NCBI GenBank assembly: GCA_051306055.1
Contig: JBPPMN010000362.1
Coordinates: forward strand, 1 to 55,769
From: Acidimicrobiales bacterium
Lineage (GTDB): Bacteria; Actinomycetota; Acidimicrobiia; Acidimicrobiales; VFJN01
Direction: 5' to 3'
Length of the DNA stretch: 55,769 bases
Part shown: in pieces, positions 18,882-27,055 of the stretch
Position numbering within the stretch: the first letter of the stretch is position 1
Layout: every line of letters starts with the position of its first letter
Program-made: the position numbers and the translations under genes
Notes under the pieces: generated by a model
Told to the model about the DNA's origin: nothing
The model's database searches: none
What the model saw: the letters and a program-made list of their open reading frames with translations, nothing else

Positions 18882-19006
18882 GAGCAGTATGTCTAGCAGA
18901 CTGGCCAGTTCACTGTGCGTGATGCCCAATTGCATCGTGATCCCTTGACCTGCCCGGCGCAGTGACCTTGTCTGGAGAGAGCAATCCGTCCAGACCAGGG
19001 GGGTCC

Positions 19007-19825
19007 ATGGTCACCACATCCACCCGTTCGTCGCTCGAGGCCTTCCGCGCCCGGGTCGACGATCTCGTCGCCGAGCACCCGGTGGTCACCGACAACCGCT
19101 ACACCCGTTGGTTCGCTGGCGGCGAGGCCACGAGGGGCGCGGTGCGCCACCTCACCGTGCAGTTCTCGGTCTTCAGCCACCTCTTCGTGGAGGCCCAGCT
19201 GCGCAAGGTGATCAACGCGGCCGACCTCGACACCTACCGATCGGGCAAGGAGATCCTCCTCAACGAGCTGGGCGTGGTCTTCAACCCCGGCCGGTCAGCC
19301 GACGTGCCGACGGGAGCCGATCCGGATCTGGTGGCCACCGAGGGCACCGTCGACGGCGGGCGCTTCCGCTTCGGCGCCGCCCACTTCGAGTGGCTGCTGC
19401 GCTTCGCCGCCCAGCTCGACCTCGGCTTCGACGACATCGGCAAGCGCCGGCACGGCACCGCCCCCACCGTGTTCTTCTGCGACGAGCTCATCGAGGTCTA
19501 CGGCTCGGAGGACGCGTCCACCGCCGAGGGCGCCAGCTACGCGGTGGAGCACTGGGCCGCGGCCGGCTTCTGGAAGGAGCTGATTGCTGGTCTCGAGGCG
19601 TTCAAGGCCCGTGAGTGCCCCGGCCTGCCGCTGGCCTTCTGGACGTGGCACGACAAGGTCGAGGACCAGCACGCGGCCCACACGGCCGACGAGCTCGACG
19701 AGGCCTTCACCCAGCCCTGGTTCGACGAAGAGCGCTACCTGGCCGGCGCCACCCGCATGCTCGACGGCGTGCAGGCCTTCTGGGACGGCCTCTGGGCCGA
19801 CCACGAGGCGGGGGTGGAGCGATGA
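19007..19825 (+). CDS. heme-oxygenase-like diiron (iron-containing redox enzyme / TenA-PqqC-like) protein
   Basis: All-helical translation with candidate carboxylate/His ligands (FVEAQL, LNELG, AHFEW, AVEHW, VEDQHAAH). ATG 19007 is preceded by GGGGGG. Its stop overlaps the hppD start (ATGA). Confidence 0.65.
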   Translation: MVTTSTRSSLEAFRARVDDLVAEHPVVTDNRYTRWFAGGEATRGAVRHLTVQFSVFSHLFVEAQLRKVINAADLDTYRSGKEILLNELGVVFNPGRSADVPTGADPDLVATEGTVDGGRFRFGAAHFEWLLRFAAQLDLGFDDIGKRRHGTAPTVFFCDELIEVYGSEDASTAEGASYAVEHWAAAGFWKELIAGLEAFKARECPGLPLAFWTWHDKVEDQHAAHTADELDEAFTQPWFDEERYLAGATRMLDGVQAFWDGLWADHEAGVER

Positions 19826-20931
19826 CCGCGGTCGAGCCCACCACCGCCCCGCCCACCCTCGGCGGGATCGACCACCTCGAGTGGTGGGTGGGCAACGCCC
19901 GCTCCTTCGCCGGGTTCCTGGCCGCCGCCTTCGGGTTCGAGCCGATCGCCTACGCCGGTCCCGAGACGGGGCGGCGCGACCGCGTGAGCTACCTGCTGCA
20001 GCAGGGCCGCGTCCGGTTCATGGTGTCGGGCGCCCTCCACCCCGACAGCCCCATCGCCGAGCACGTGCGGACCCACGGCGACGGCATCCGCGACATCTGC
20101 TTCCTCGTCGACGACGCCACCGCGGCGTACGAGTCGGCCCTGGGGCGCGGGGCGGCGTCGGAGCGGACGCCGGGCACCGATCGCGACGAGCACGGCGCCA
20201 TCCACCACGCCGCCATCCGGGCCTACGGGGAGACCGTGCACACCTTCCTCGACCGCTCCGCCTACACCGGCCCGTTCGCGCCGCAGTTCGAACCGACCGA
20301 CCTGGTGATGCCCGTGGGGCCCGAGGTGGGCATCACCCGCCTCGATCACGTGGTGGCCAACGTGGAGCGGGGCCGGCTCGACGAGTGGGTGGGCTACTAC
20401 CAGGACGTGCTGGGGTTCGATCAGCTCACGCACTTCAGCGACGACCAGATCTCCACCGAGTACTCGGCCCTCATGTCCACGGTGGTGTGGGACCACGACA
20501 AGGTGGTGCTGCCCATCAACGAGCCGGCCGAGGGGCGGCGCAAGAGCCAGATCGAGGAGTACCTCGACTTCTACGGGTCGCCCGGTGTGCAGCACATCGC
20601 GCTCCACACCCCCGACATCGTCGCCGCCGTGCGGGCGCTGCGGGCCCGCGGTGTGCGCTTCATGGACGTGCCCGACGAGTACTACACCGAGGCGCAGGAG
20701 CGCTTGGCCGGGATCGCCCTGCCCTGGGCGGCGATGGCCGAGCTGGGCATCCTCGTGGACCGCGACCACGAAGGCCACCTGCTGCAGATCTTCACCGAGA
20801 CGCTCACCGACCGGCCCACGGTGTTCTTCGAGATCATCCAGCGCGAGGGCGCCCGGGGCTTCGGCGAGGGCAACTTCAAGGCGCTGTTCGAGTCGATCGA
20901 GCGGGCCCAGGCCCGACGCGGCAACCTGTAG
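19822..20931 (+). CDS. hppD: 4-hydroxyphenylpyruvate dioxygenase
   Basis: Two VOC modules. C-terminal signature GVQHIAL, LLQIFT, FFEIIQR.GA.GFGEGNFKALFESIE is diagnostic for HPPD. Confidence 0.92.
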   Translation: MTAVEPTTAPPTLGGIDHLEWWVGNARSFAGFLAAAFGFEPIAYAGPETGRRDRVSYLLQQGRVRFMVSGALHPDSPIAEHVRTHGDGIRDICFLVDDATAAYESALGRGAASERTPGTDRDEHGAIHHAAIRAYGETVHTFLDRSAYTGPFAPQFEPTDLVMPVGPEVGITRLDHVVANVERGRLDEWVGYYQDVLGFDQLTHFSDDQISTEYSALMSTVVWDHDKVVLPINEPAEGRRKSQIEEYLDFYGSPGVQHIALHTPDIVAAVRALRARGVRFMDVPDEYYTEAQERLAGIALPWAAMAELGILVDRDHEGHLLQIFTETLTDRPTVFFEIIQREGARGFGEGNFKALFESIERAQARRGNL

Positions 20932-20943
20932 CGGGGAGGCAGC

Positions 20944-22059
20944 ATGGACGGCGTGCCGCAGTGGGTTTCCGGCGAGGTCAGCCGCCAGGCGCATGTGGGG
21001 CTGCCGCCGGGCACGGTGGAGGAGGAGCACGGCCGATCGGGCTTCTACGGCCCCGCCAGCCACCTCTACCGCCGCCATGCACCCACCGACTGGGTCGAGG
21101 TCGAGGGCCCCGGCGTGCACCACGCCTACGACACCAGCCGGGTGGACGATGTCGACGACCTGTGGCCGGTGCCGATCCTGGCCAACGACGATGTCGCCAT
21201 CGGCTGGCAGCGCTACCGCGCCGGCCGTCCGGAGTTCCGTCGCGACAGCGACGGCGACCTGCTCTGCTTCGTCCACGCCGGAGCGGGCCGGCTGCGCACC
21301 GAGTACGGACCGCTCGACTACCGGCCCGGCGACTATCTGATCCTGCCGCGAGGGACCACCCACCGCTTCGAGCCGAGCGCACCCACCGATCTCCTCGTGG
21401 TCGAGGCGGCCCAGTCGCGCTTCTCCCTGCCCGACCGGGGGATGCTGGGCCGCCACGCCCTCTTCGACCCCGCCATGATCGAGGTGCCCGAGGCGGAGGC
21501 GGTCGACGAGGAGGGCGAGTTCACCGTGGTGGTGAAGCGCCAGGGCATTGACACCCGCATCGTCTACCCGTTCCACCCCTGCGACGTCGTGGGCTGGAAG
21601 GGCGACGTCGCGCCGATGCGCCTCAACGTCGACGACATCCGGCCCGTCACCTCCGAGCGATACCACCTGCCGCCGTCGGCCCACACCACCTGGGTGGCCG
21701 ACGGCTTCGTGGTGTGCACCTTCGCACCGCGCCCCGTGGAGGCAGGCGAGGACGCCGTGCGGCTCCCCTTCTTCCACCGCAACGTCGACTACGACGAGGT
21801 GATCCTCTACCACCGGGGGCAGTTCTCGTCGCGCGCTGGCATCGACGCGGGGATGGTCACCTGGCACCCCTACGGCCTGCACCACGGGCCCCAGCCCGCC
21901 GCCCGCGATCGTGATGCGGCGGCGGCGGCCGAGGGCGGGGCCCGGCGCCACGACGAGGTGGCGGTGATGGTCGACACCCGCCGACCGCTCACGCCGGCGG
22001 AGGGGGCCAAGGACCTCGACGTCGAGGGCTACGCCCGCTCCTGGAAGCCAGACGCCTGA
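20944..22059 (+). CDS. hmgA: homogentisate 1,2-dioxygenase, short (about 370 aa) form
   Basis: Cupin-type protein with EEEHGRSGFYGPASHLY, GDYLILPRGTTHRF and FHRNVDYDE..YH...HP.G.HHGP, placed between hppD and a FAH-family gene. Confidence 0.75.
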   Translation: MDGVPQWVSGEVSRQAHVGLPPGTVEEEHGRSGFYGPASHLYRRHAPTDWVEVEGPGVHHAYDTSRVDDVDDLWPVPILANDDVAIGWQRYRAGRPEFRRDSDGDLLCFVHAGAGRLRTEYGPLDYRPGDYLILPRGTTHRFEPSAPTDLLVVEAAQSRFSLPDRGMLGRHALFDPAMIEVPEAEAVDEEGEFTVVVKRQGIDTRIVYPFHPCDVVGWKGDVAPMRLNVDDIRPVTSERYHLPPSAHTTWVADGFVVCTFAPRPVEAGEDAVRLPFFHRNVDYDEVILYHRGQFSSRAGIDAGMVTWHPYGLHHGPQPAARDRDAAAAAEGGARRHDEVAVMVDTRRPLTPAEGAKDLDVEGYARSWKPDA

Positions 22060-22062
22060 CCG

Positions 22063-22959
22063 ATGCGGCTGGCCCGGTACCTCTCGCCGCAGCAGGGCAC
22101 CGTGCTGGTCGGCGTGGTGGAGGGGGAGCAGGTGACCCCCATCGGTGACGGGTGTGGCCGATCCGGTCAGGAGCGCCTCGTCGCCGCGGCGATGGCCCGC
22201 CGGCCCCCCGAGCCGGTCGGAGATCCAGAGTCGCTGGCCACCGTCACCCTGCGGTCGCCGGTGCCCGAGCCGCCGTCGATCCGAGACTTCTACGCCTTCG
22301 AGGCCCACGTGGCCACGGCCCGCCGCAGCCGAGGGCTCGAGATGGAGCCCGATTGGTACGAGCTGCCGGTCTTCTACTTCTCCAACCCTGCCTCGGTGCT
22401 GGGCCCCGACGACCCGGTGGTGGCGCCTCCCGGTACGGTCGAGCTCGACTACGAGCTGGAGGTGGCCGCGGTGATCGGGGTCGAGTGCCGCGACGTCGAT
22501 CCCGAGAGCTGGGTGGAGGTGGTGGCGGGGTTCACGATCATGAACGACTGGTCGGCCCGCGACCTCCAGCGCCGCGAGATGGCCCTCGGGCTGGGACCGG
22601 CCAAGGGCAAGGACTTCGCCACCTCGTTGGGCCCGGTGCTGGTGACGCCCGACGAGCTGCTCGATGGCGCCGGGGTCCCCCAGGCCACGATGACCGCCCG
22701 GGTCAACGACCACGAGTGGAGCCGTGGCGAGCTGGGCGACCTCCACTTCGGCTGGGGGCGCCTGCTGGCGCAGGCCTCGGCCGGCACCCGCTTGCGCCCC
22801 GGCGACGTGGTGGGCTCCGGCACCGTCGGCACGGGGTGCATCCTCGAGCTCGGCCTGGTGCACGGCCGCCATCGCCACCCCTACCTCGTCCCGGGCGACG
22901 AGGTGGCCCTCGAGGTGGAGGGCCTGGGCCGCCTGGCCAACCCTGTGGTGGCCCCCTGA
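22063..22959 (+). CDS. fumarylacetoacetate hydrolase (FAH) family protein, short form
   Basis: FAH-fold motifs LDYELEVAAVIG, NDWSARDLQ, GPAKGKDF and GDVVGSGTVGTGC. Confidence 0.85.
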   Translation: MRLARYLSPQQGTVLVGVVEGEQVTPIGDGCGRSGQERLVAAAMARRPPEPVGDPESLATVTLRSPVPEPPSIRDFYAFEAHVATARRSRGLEMEPDWYELPVFYFSNPASVLGPDDPVVAPPGTVELDYELEVAAVIGVECRDVDPESWVEVVAGFTIMNDWSARDLQRREMALGLGPAKGKDFATSLGPVLVTPDELLDGAGVPQATMTARVNDHEWSRGELGDLHFGWGRLLAQASAGTRLRPGDVVGSGTVGTGCILELGLVHGRHRHPYLVPGDEVALEVEGLGRLANPVVAP

Positions 22960-23000
22960 CACACGGTTTCGCCTGGCGGGGGAGGGGGAAGGCAGACCCC

Positions 23001-23147
23001 ATGTCCGATACCGACGCCACCCCCGACCCCGACGAGCTGCGTGAAGAGGTTGCCGAGGAGCTCGATGAGCTGTCCGAGAAGGCCAAGGCAGAGGAGGCCC
23101 AGCGCATGGCCGACCGAGACGAAGCGGGCGTCGACGAGCCCTCCTAG
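23001..23147 (+). CDS. 48-aa highly acidic small protein (hypothetical)
   Basis: ATG 23001 lies about 8 nt after GGGGGAGGGGGAAGG. It is the tail of a longer track ORF in the same frame. Mostly GC3 codons. No family recognised. Confidence 0.4.
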   Translation: MSDTDATPDPDELREEVAEELDELSEKAKAEEAQRMADRDEAGVDEPS

Positions 23148-23192
23148 CGGCTTCGGCACCTCCACGACCGGCTGCTAACGTCATCCCTTCAC

Positions 23193-23266
23193 GGGCCGTT
23201 AGCTCAGTTGGCTAGAGCACCTGCATGACGCGCAGGGGGTCAGGGGTTCGAGTCCCTTACGGCCCA
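23193..23266 (+). tRNA. tRNA-Val (anticodon GAC)
   Basis: Hand-folded cloverleaf: acceptor GGGCCGT/ACGGCCC, D-arm GCTC/GAGC, anticodon stem CCTGC/GCAGG with loop AUGACGC, T-arm AGGGG-TTCGAGT-CCCTT, discriminator A. CCA is not encoded. Confidence 0.9.
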
Positions 23267-23271
23267 CCCGA

Positions 23272-23300
23272 GAAGCCCCAGGTCCAAGGCCTGGGGCTTC
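23272..23300 (+). terminator. hairpin after tRNA-Val (11-bp stem, 7-nt loop)
   Basis: GAAGCCCCAGG (23272-23282) pairs with CCTGGGGCTTC (23290-23300). No clear U-tract. Confidence 0.5.
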
Positions 23301-23355
23301 GTCGCGCTCGGCCTCACGGGCGTGAGCGCCCGCTCCGACGTGACGAGTTTCACTG

Positions 23356-23383
23356 GCGTACTAGAGGGCACCCTCTAGTACGC
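23356..23383. promoter_or_regulatory. 28-bp near-perfect palindrome, candidate TetR operator
   Basis: GCGTACTAGAGGG-CA-CCCTCTAGTACGC, with 13-bp perfect arms. It is locally AT-richer than its surroundings and ends 7 nt before the TetR GTG start. Confidence 0.6.
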
Positions 23384-23390
23384 TGAGGCC

Positions 23391-23978
23391 GTGGGTCGCC
23401 CGCCGAAGTTCAGCGAGGACGAGATGCTCGACGCCGCCGGCGAGCTGCTGGTGTCGGGTGGCGAGCACGCCCTCACGGCCAGTGCCGTGGCGAGATCGCT
23501 GTCGGCGCCGAGCGGCTCGGTGTACCACCGGTTCGCCTCTCGGGATCATCTGGCCGCTGCACTGTGGCTGCGGACCGTGGAGCGATTCGATGGCGACGTC
23601 GTGGTCGGCCTCTCCGCCCCCGGCGACCCGGTCGCCGTTGGCGTAGCGGTCGCCGGCCTCGTCGTGGAGTGGTGCGTCGCCAACCCGCTCGACGCCCATG
23701 TGCTCACCGGGCTTTCGATGGCCGACCTCACCGAGGGCACCATGCCCGCTGACGTGGTTCGGCGAGCCCAGGCGCTCCGCCGCAAGCAGCGTCGAGCGAT
23801 CGAGCACCTCGCCGCCCGGTTGGACCTCCCCGCGGACCAGGTGTCCTTCGCTGTCGCCGCCATCCCGCACGCCGCGGTTCGACGCGCCGTGGGCGACCGC
23901 CAGCCGATCCCGCCATGGACGGCGCCAGCCGTCGAGCGCGCCGCCCGGGCCGTGCTGACCGACGAGACAACCCCCTGA
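23391..23978 (+). CDS. TetR/AcrR-family transcriptional regulator
   Basis: N-terminal HTH (GRPPKFSEDEMLDAAGELL...LTASAVARSLSAPSGSVYHRFASRDHL). GTG start. Confidence 0.85.
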   Translation: MGRPPKFSEDEMLDAAGELLVSGGEHALTASAVARSLSAPSGSVYHRFASRDHLAAALWLRTVERFDGDVVVGLSAPGDPVAVGVAVAGLVVEWCVANPLDAHVLTGLSMADLTEGTMPADVVRRAQALRRKQRRAIEHLAARLDLPADQVSFAVAAIPHAAVRRAVGDRQPIPPWTAPAVERAARAVLTDETTP

Positions 23979-23986
23979 GGAGACCC

Positions 23987-24526
23987 ATGCACACCCTCGA
24001 CCCGCTCGATCCCGATGTCTGGCGCACGGTCCGACGGACCCTGGCCAGAGGGCAACGGACGTCGCTCCATTGCGCCATCGCCTCGACCGCCCCCGATGGC
24101 CGGGCCTACGTCTCGCCCATCGGCTCGGTGCGCCTCGGGCCGGCGGGCACGGGCACCTACCTCGACGTCTTCAACGCCCAGCTGCGTCGGAACCTCGAGC
24201 ACGACCCTCGGGTGACGGTCATGGCCGTCGACTCCGGGCTCGTCACCTGGGTGCGGGCGCTGGTCACCGGCCGGTTCGCCACATCGCCGGGAGTCCGTCT
24301 CCTGGGGGAAGCAGGACCGGCCCGTCCAGCGTCGGACGACGAGAAGCAGGCCTTCCAACGGTCGGTGCGGCCGGCGCTCCTCACCCGAGGCGGCCGGGCG
24401 ATGTGGGGCCGCTTCGACGATGTGGTGGCGCGCGACCTCACCTTCACGGACGTCGTGCCGGTCCGCATCGGCTCCACCACCGCCGGTCTCTGGGCAACGC
24501 CGCCACGGTCGCCGTCGCTGCCCTGA
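23987..24526 (+). CDS. pyridoxamine 5'-phosphate oxidase-like (FMN-binding split-barrel) protein
   Basis: Size and pattern (LHCAIASTAPDGRAYVSPIGS, DPRVTVMAVD) fit the PNPOx-like family. ATG 23987 is 8 nt after the TetR stop. Confidence 0.6.
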   Translation: MHTLDPLDPDVWRTVRRTLARGQRTSLHCAIASTAPDGRAYVSPIGSVRLGPAGTGTYLDVFNAQLRRNLEHDPRVTVMAVDSGLVTWVRALVTGRFATSPGVRLLGEAGPARPASDDEKQAFQRSVRPALLTRGGRAMWGRFDDVVARDLTFTDVVPVRIGSTTAGLWATPPRSPSLP

Positions 24527-24550
24527 CGCCGCGGTCTGCGGCCATCGCCT

Positions 24551-26947
24551 TCATGCTGGCTCCAGCTCGGGCGTGAGGGTGGGGACGGGCTGGGTCGCCG
24601 ATTCGACCGTCACGCGAGGGACCACCCGGTCGAGCCAGCGCGGCATCCACCAGTTCCGGTCGCCGAGCAGTGCCATCGTCGCCGGCACGAGCACCATGCG
24701 GACCAGGGTGGCGTCGAGGAGCACGGCGAGGCCGAGTCCGAACCCGAAGAGCTTGATCTCGCGGATGTCCTCGAACACGAACGACCCGAAGACCACGACC
24801 ATGATGGCGGCGGCGGCCGTGATGACCCGGGCGGTCGACGCCAGGCCGTCGGCCACCGATGCCGACGCATCGCCGGTGCGGTCGTACTCCTCCCGGATGC
24901 GGGAGAGCATGAACACCTCGTAGTCCATCGAGAGCCCGAAGACGATGGCGAAGAGCATGAGCGGGATGAACGGGTTGATCGGCCCTGCCTCGATGCCGAG
25001 GAGCGTGGCCCCCCATCCCCACTGGAAGAGGGCGACGACCACGCCGTAGGTGGCGGCGATCGAGAGCAGGTTCATGAGCACCGCCTTCAGCGGGACCAGC
25101 ACCGACCGGAACACCACCAGGAGGACGAGGAACGACATGCCGAGGACAGCGGCGAAGAAGAGTGGCATGCGCTCGCCCAGGTAGTCGGTGACGTCGATGT
25201 TGGTGGCTGCGCTGCCGGTGACGTGGACATCGAGTCCGTTCTGGGCCGCAGCCGGGAACGCCTCGGCGCGCAGGGTGCGGACCAGGTCGGTGGTCGCCTC
25301 GGCCTGGGGGGCCGATGTCGGGATGAGCGTCATCAAGTAGGCGCTGGGGTCGGACGGATCGTCGGCAGCAGGTGGGGTGACGGCGGCCACGCCCGGGGTC
25401 TGGGCGAGGGCCGCGTGCAGCTCGTCGATGCTCCCGGCTGCTGTGTCAGCTCCGGCGGTCGCGATGACGACGAAGGGACCGTTGAAGCCCTCGCCGAAGC
25501 CCTCGGCGAGCAGCTGATAGGCCTCGTGGGTGTGCGACCCCTCGGGGAAGTTCCCCTCGTCGGTCCAGCCCATGCGAAGGCCCAGCACCGGTGCGGCCAG
25601 GATCACGAGGAGGACCGCCGCCATCGCCCCCCACAGCAAGGGCCGCCGCTGGATGGTCCGGCTCCAACGGTGCGACAGCGTGGCCTCCACGGGCTTGGCG
25701 GCCCGCGGGGGCACGGCCTGGCGGAGCTTCGGCACGAAGCGGCTGGCCAGGAGGACGGCGACGGCGAGACCAGTGCCGACCACGGTGAGCGCGGTGAGGC
25801 CGATGCCGATGCCGAGGATGGCGACGGCCGATGCGCCGGCTGCGAGCAGACCTCGCCACCTCGTCACCTCGAGCCGTGGTCCCGTGATGGCGATCAGCGC
25901 CGGCAGCAGCGTCATCGACGTGAGCATGGTGGCCAGCACCGTGGCCGAGACGCCGATCCCCATGCCGGAGAGCATCCCGAGGCCGACCAGCAGGAGCCCG
26001 AGCATCGAGACCACCACCGTGGCACCAGCGAAGACGACGGCCCGACCGGCCGTGCTCATCGCGACCACGGTGGCCTCCCTCGGACCGTGCCCCTCGCGCA
26101 CCGCCTCCCGGTAGCGGGTGACGATGAAGAGCGCATAGTCGATGCCGACGCCGAGGCCGACCATCATGCCGAGCAGCATCGTGTCCTCCGGCACGGTCGC
26201 CACCCGGGTGAGCAGGATGATCGAGCCGATGCCGATGGTGACGCCACCCAGCGCCACGGCGATGGGCAGGCCCATGGCCAGCACAGAACCGAAGGCGACG
26301 ATGAGCACCACGACGGCGAAGGCGATGCCGATGAGCTCCGTCTGGGGAGCCTCGACCGTGGCCAGGTACTGACCGCCAGCCAGGACCTCGAGCCCATCGA
26401 CCGAGGGGGCCTCTGCGGCGATCAGCTGCCCGATCCGCGCCGACTCGGTGTCGTCCACGTGGGCCGCCAGGTGCACCTGGGCGAACCCCAGCTGGTCGGC
26501 GAGCGGGCCCGCAGAGGCGATCTGCCCCGCTCCCTCCTCCGAGTAGGGCGAGACGACGGTCGCGCCCGGTGCTCTCGGCACGCCGTCCTCATCGGGGAAG
26601 CCTCCGTCGACGGTGGCGAAGAGCTCCTCCATGGCGGCCACGACCTCGGGATCGTCGACGCCCTGCTCGGCCCGGAACACGATGGTGCCGGACTGACCTC
26701 CGGTACCGAGCTCGGGGAAGTGCTCCTCGAGCTCGGCGAACCCGGCGTCGCTGTCAGACCCGGGCACCGCTGCTCCACCCCCGAAGGCGGGACCGACGAC
26801 GCCGGCGGCCGCCAAGACCACGGCGAGCACCGCCGCCCACAGGCCGAGGGTTGCTCGCGGGTGGTCGAAGCACCAGCCGCCCAGACGGCCGAGGAGGGTG
26901 GCAGGCGATGGGGTGGCGCGATCGGGATGGTTGGATGAGGTCGGCAT
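24551..26947 (-). CDS. MMPL/RND-superfamily membrane transporter
   Basis: Two repeats, each a soluble loop plus a hydrophobic bundle (GVGIDYALFIVTRYRE and GLSMDYEVFMLSRIREEY are the MMPL signature). Start at ATG 26947, or at 26956. Confidence 0.88.
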   Translation of the reverse strand: MPTSSNHPDRATPSPATLLGRLGGWCFDHPRATLGLWAAVLAVVLAAAGVVGPAFGGGAAVPGSDSDAGFAELEEHFPELGTGGQSGTIVFRAEQGVDDPEVVAAMEELFATVDGGFPDEDGVPRAPGATVVSPYSEEGAGQIASAGPLADQLGFAQVHLAAHVDDTESARIGQLIAAEAPSVDGLEVLAGGQYLATVEAPQTELIGIAFAVVVLIVAFGSVLAMGLPIAVALGGVTIGIGSIILLTRVATVPEDTMLLGMMVGLGVGIDYALFIVTRYREAVREGHGPREATVVAMSTAGRAVVFAGATVVVSMLGLLLVGLGMLSGMGIGVSATVLATMLTSMTLLPALIAITGPRLEVTRWRGLLAAGASAVAILGIGIGLTALTVVGTGLAVAVLLASRFVPKLRQAVPPRAAKPVEATLSHRWSRTIQRRPLLWGAMAAVLLVILAAPVLGLRMGWTDEGNFPEGSHTHEAYQLLAEGFGEGFNGPFVVIATAGADTAAGSIDELHAALAQTPGVAAVTPPAADDPSDPSAYLMTLIPTSAPQAEATTDLVRTLRAEAFPAAAQNGLDVHVTGSAATNIDVTDYLGERMPLFFAAVLGMSFLVLLVVFRSVLVPLKAVLMNLLSIAATYGVVVALFQWGWGATLLGIEAGPINPFIPLMLFAIVFGLSMDYEVFMLSRIREEYDRTGDASASVADGLASTARVITAAAAIMVVVFGSFVFEDIREIKLFGFGLGLAVLLDATLVRMVLVPATMALLGDRNWWMPRWLDRVVPRVTVESATQPVPTLTPELEPA

Positions 26948-27055
26948 GGCTGCCATCTTCGGGACGCCGGCCCGCCCGCGCATCGGACGTCCGGCCACTT
27001 CGGAGCCGGCCGATCGGCTGGCCCGAAGATCGTCCTTTCGGCCGATCCACACCCC

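Noticed and set aside
18882-18935. Longer Lrp/AsnC N-terminus starting at 18935
   Set aside because: The extra 18 residues (MQLGITHSELASLLDILL) precede the usual family start just before the HTH. I kept this as an alternative rather than the primary call.
19735-23184. 1149-aa minus-strand ORF spanning the whole homogentisate operon
   Set aside because: Its translation is Arg/Gly/His/Pro-rich with no recognisable motifs. It is antisense to four genes with clear family signatures. This is a typical high-GC stop-codon-poor artefact.
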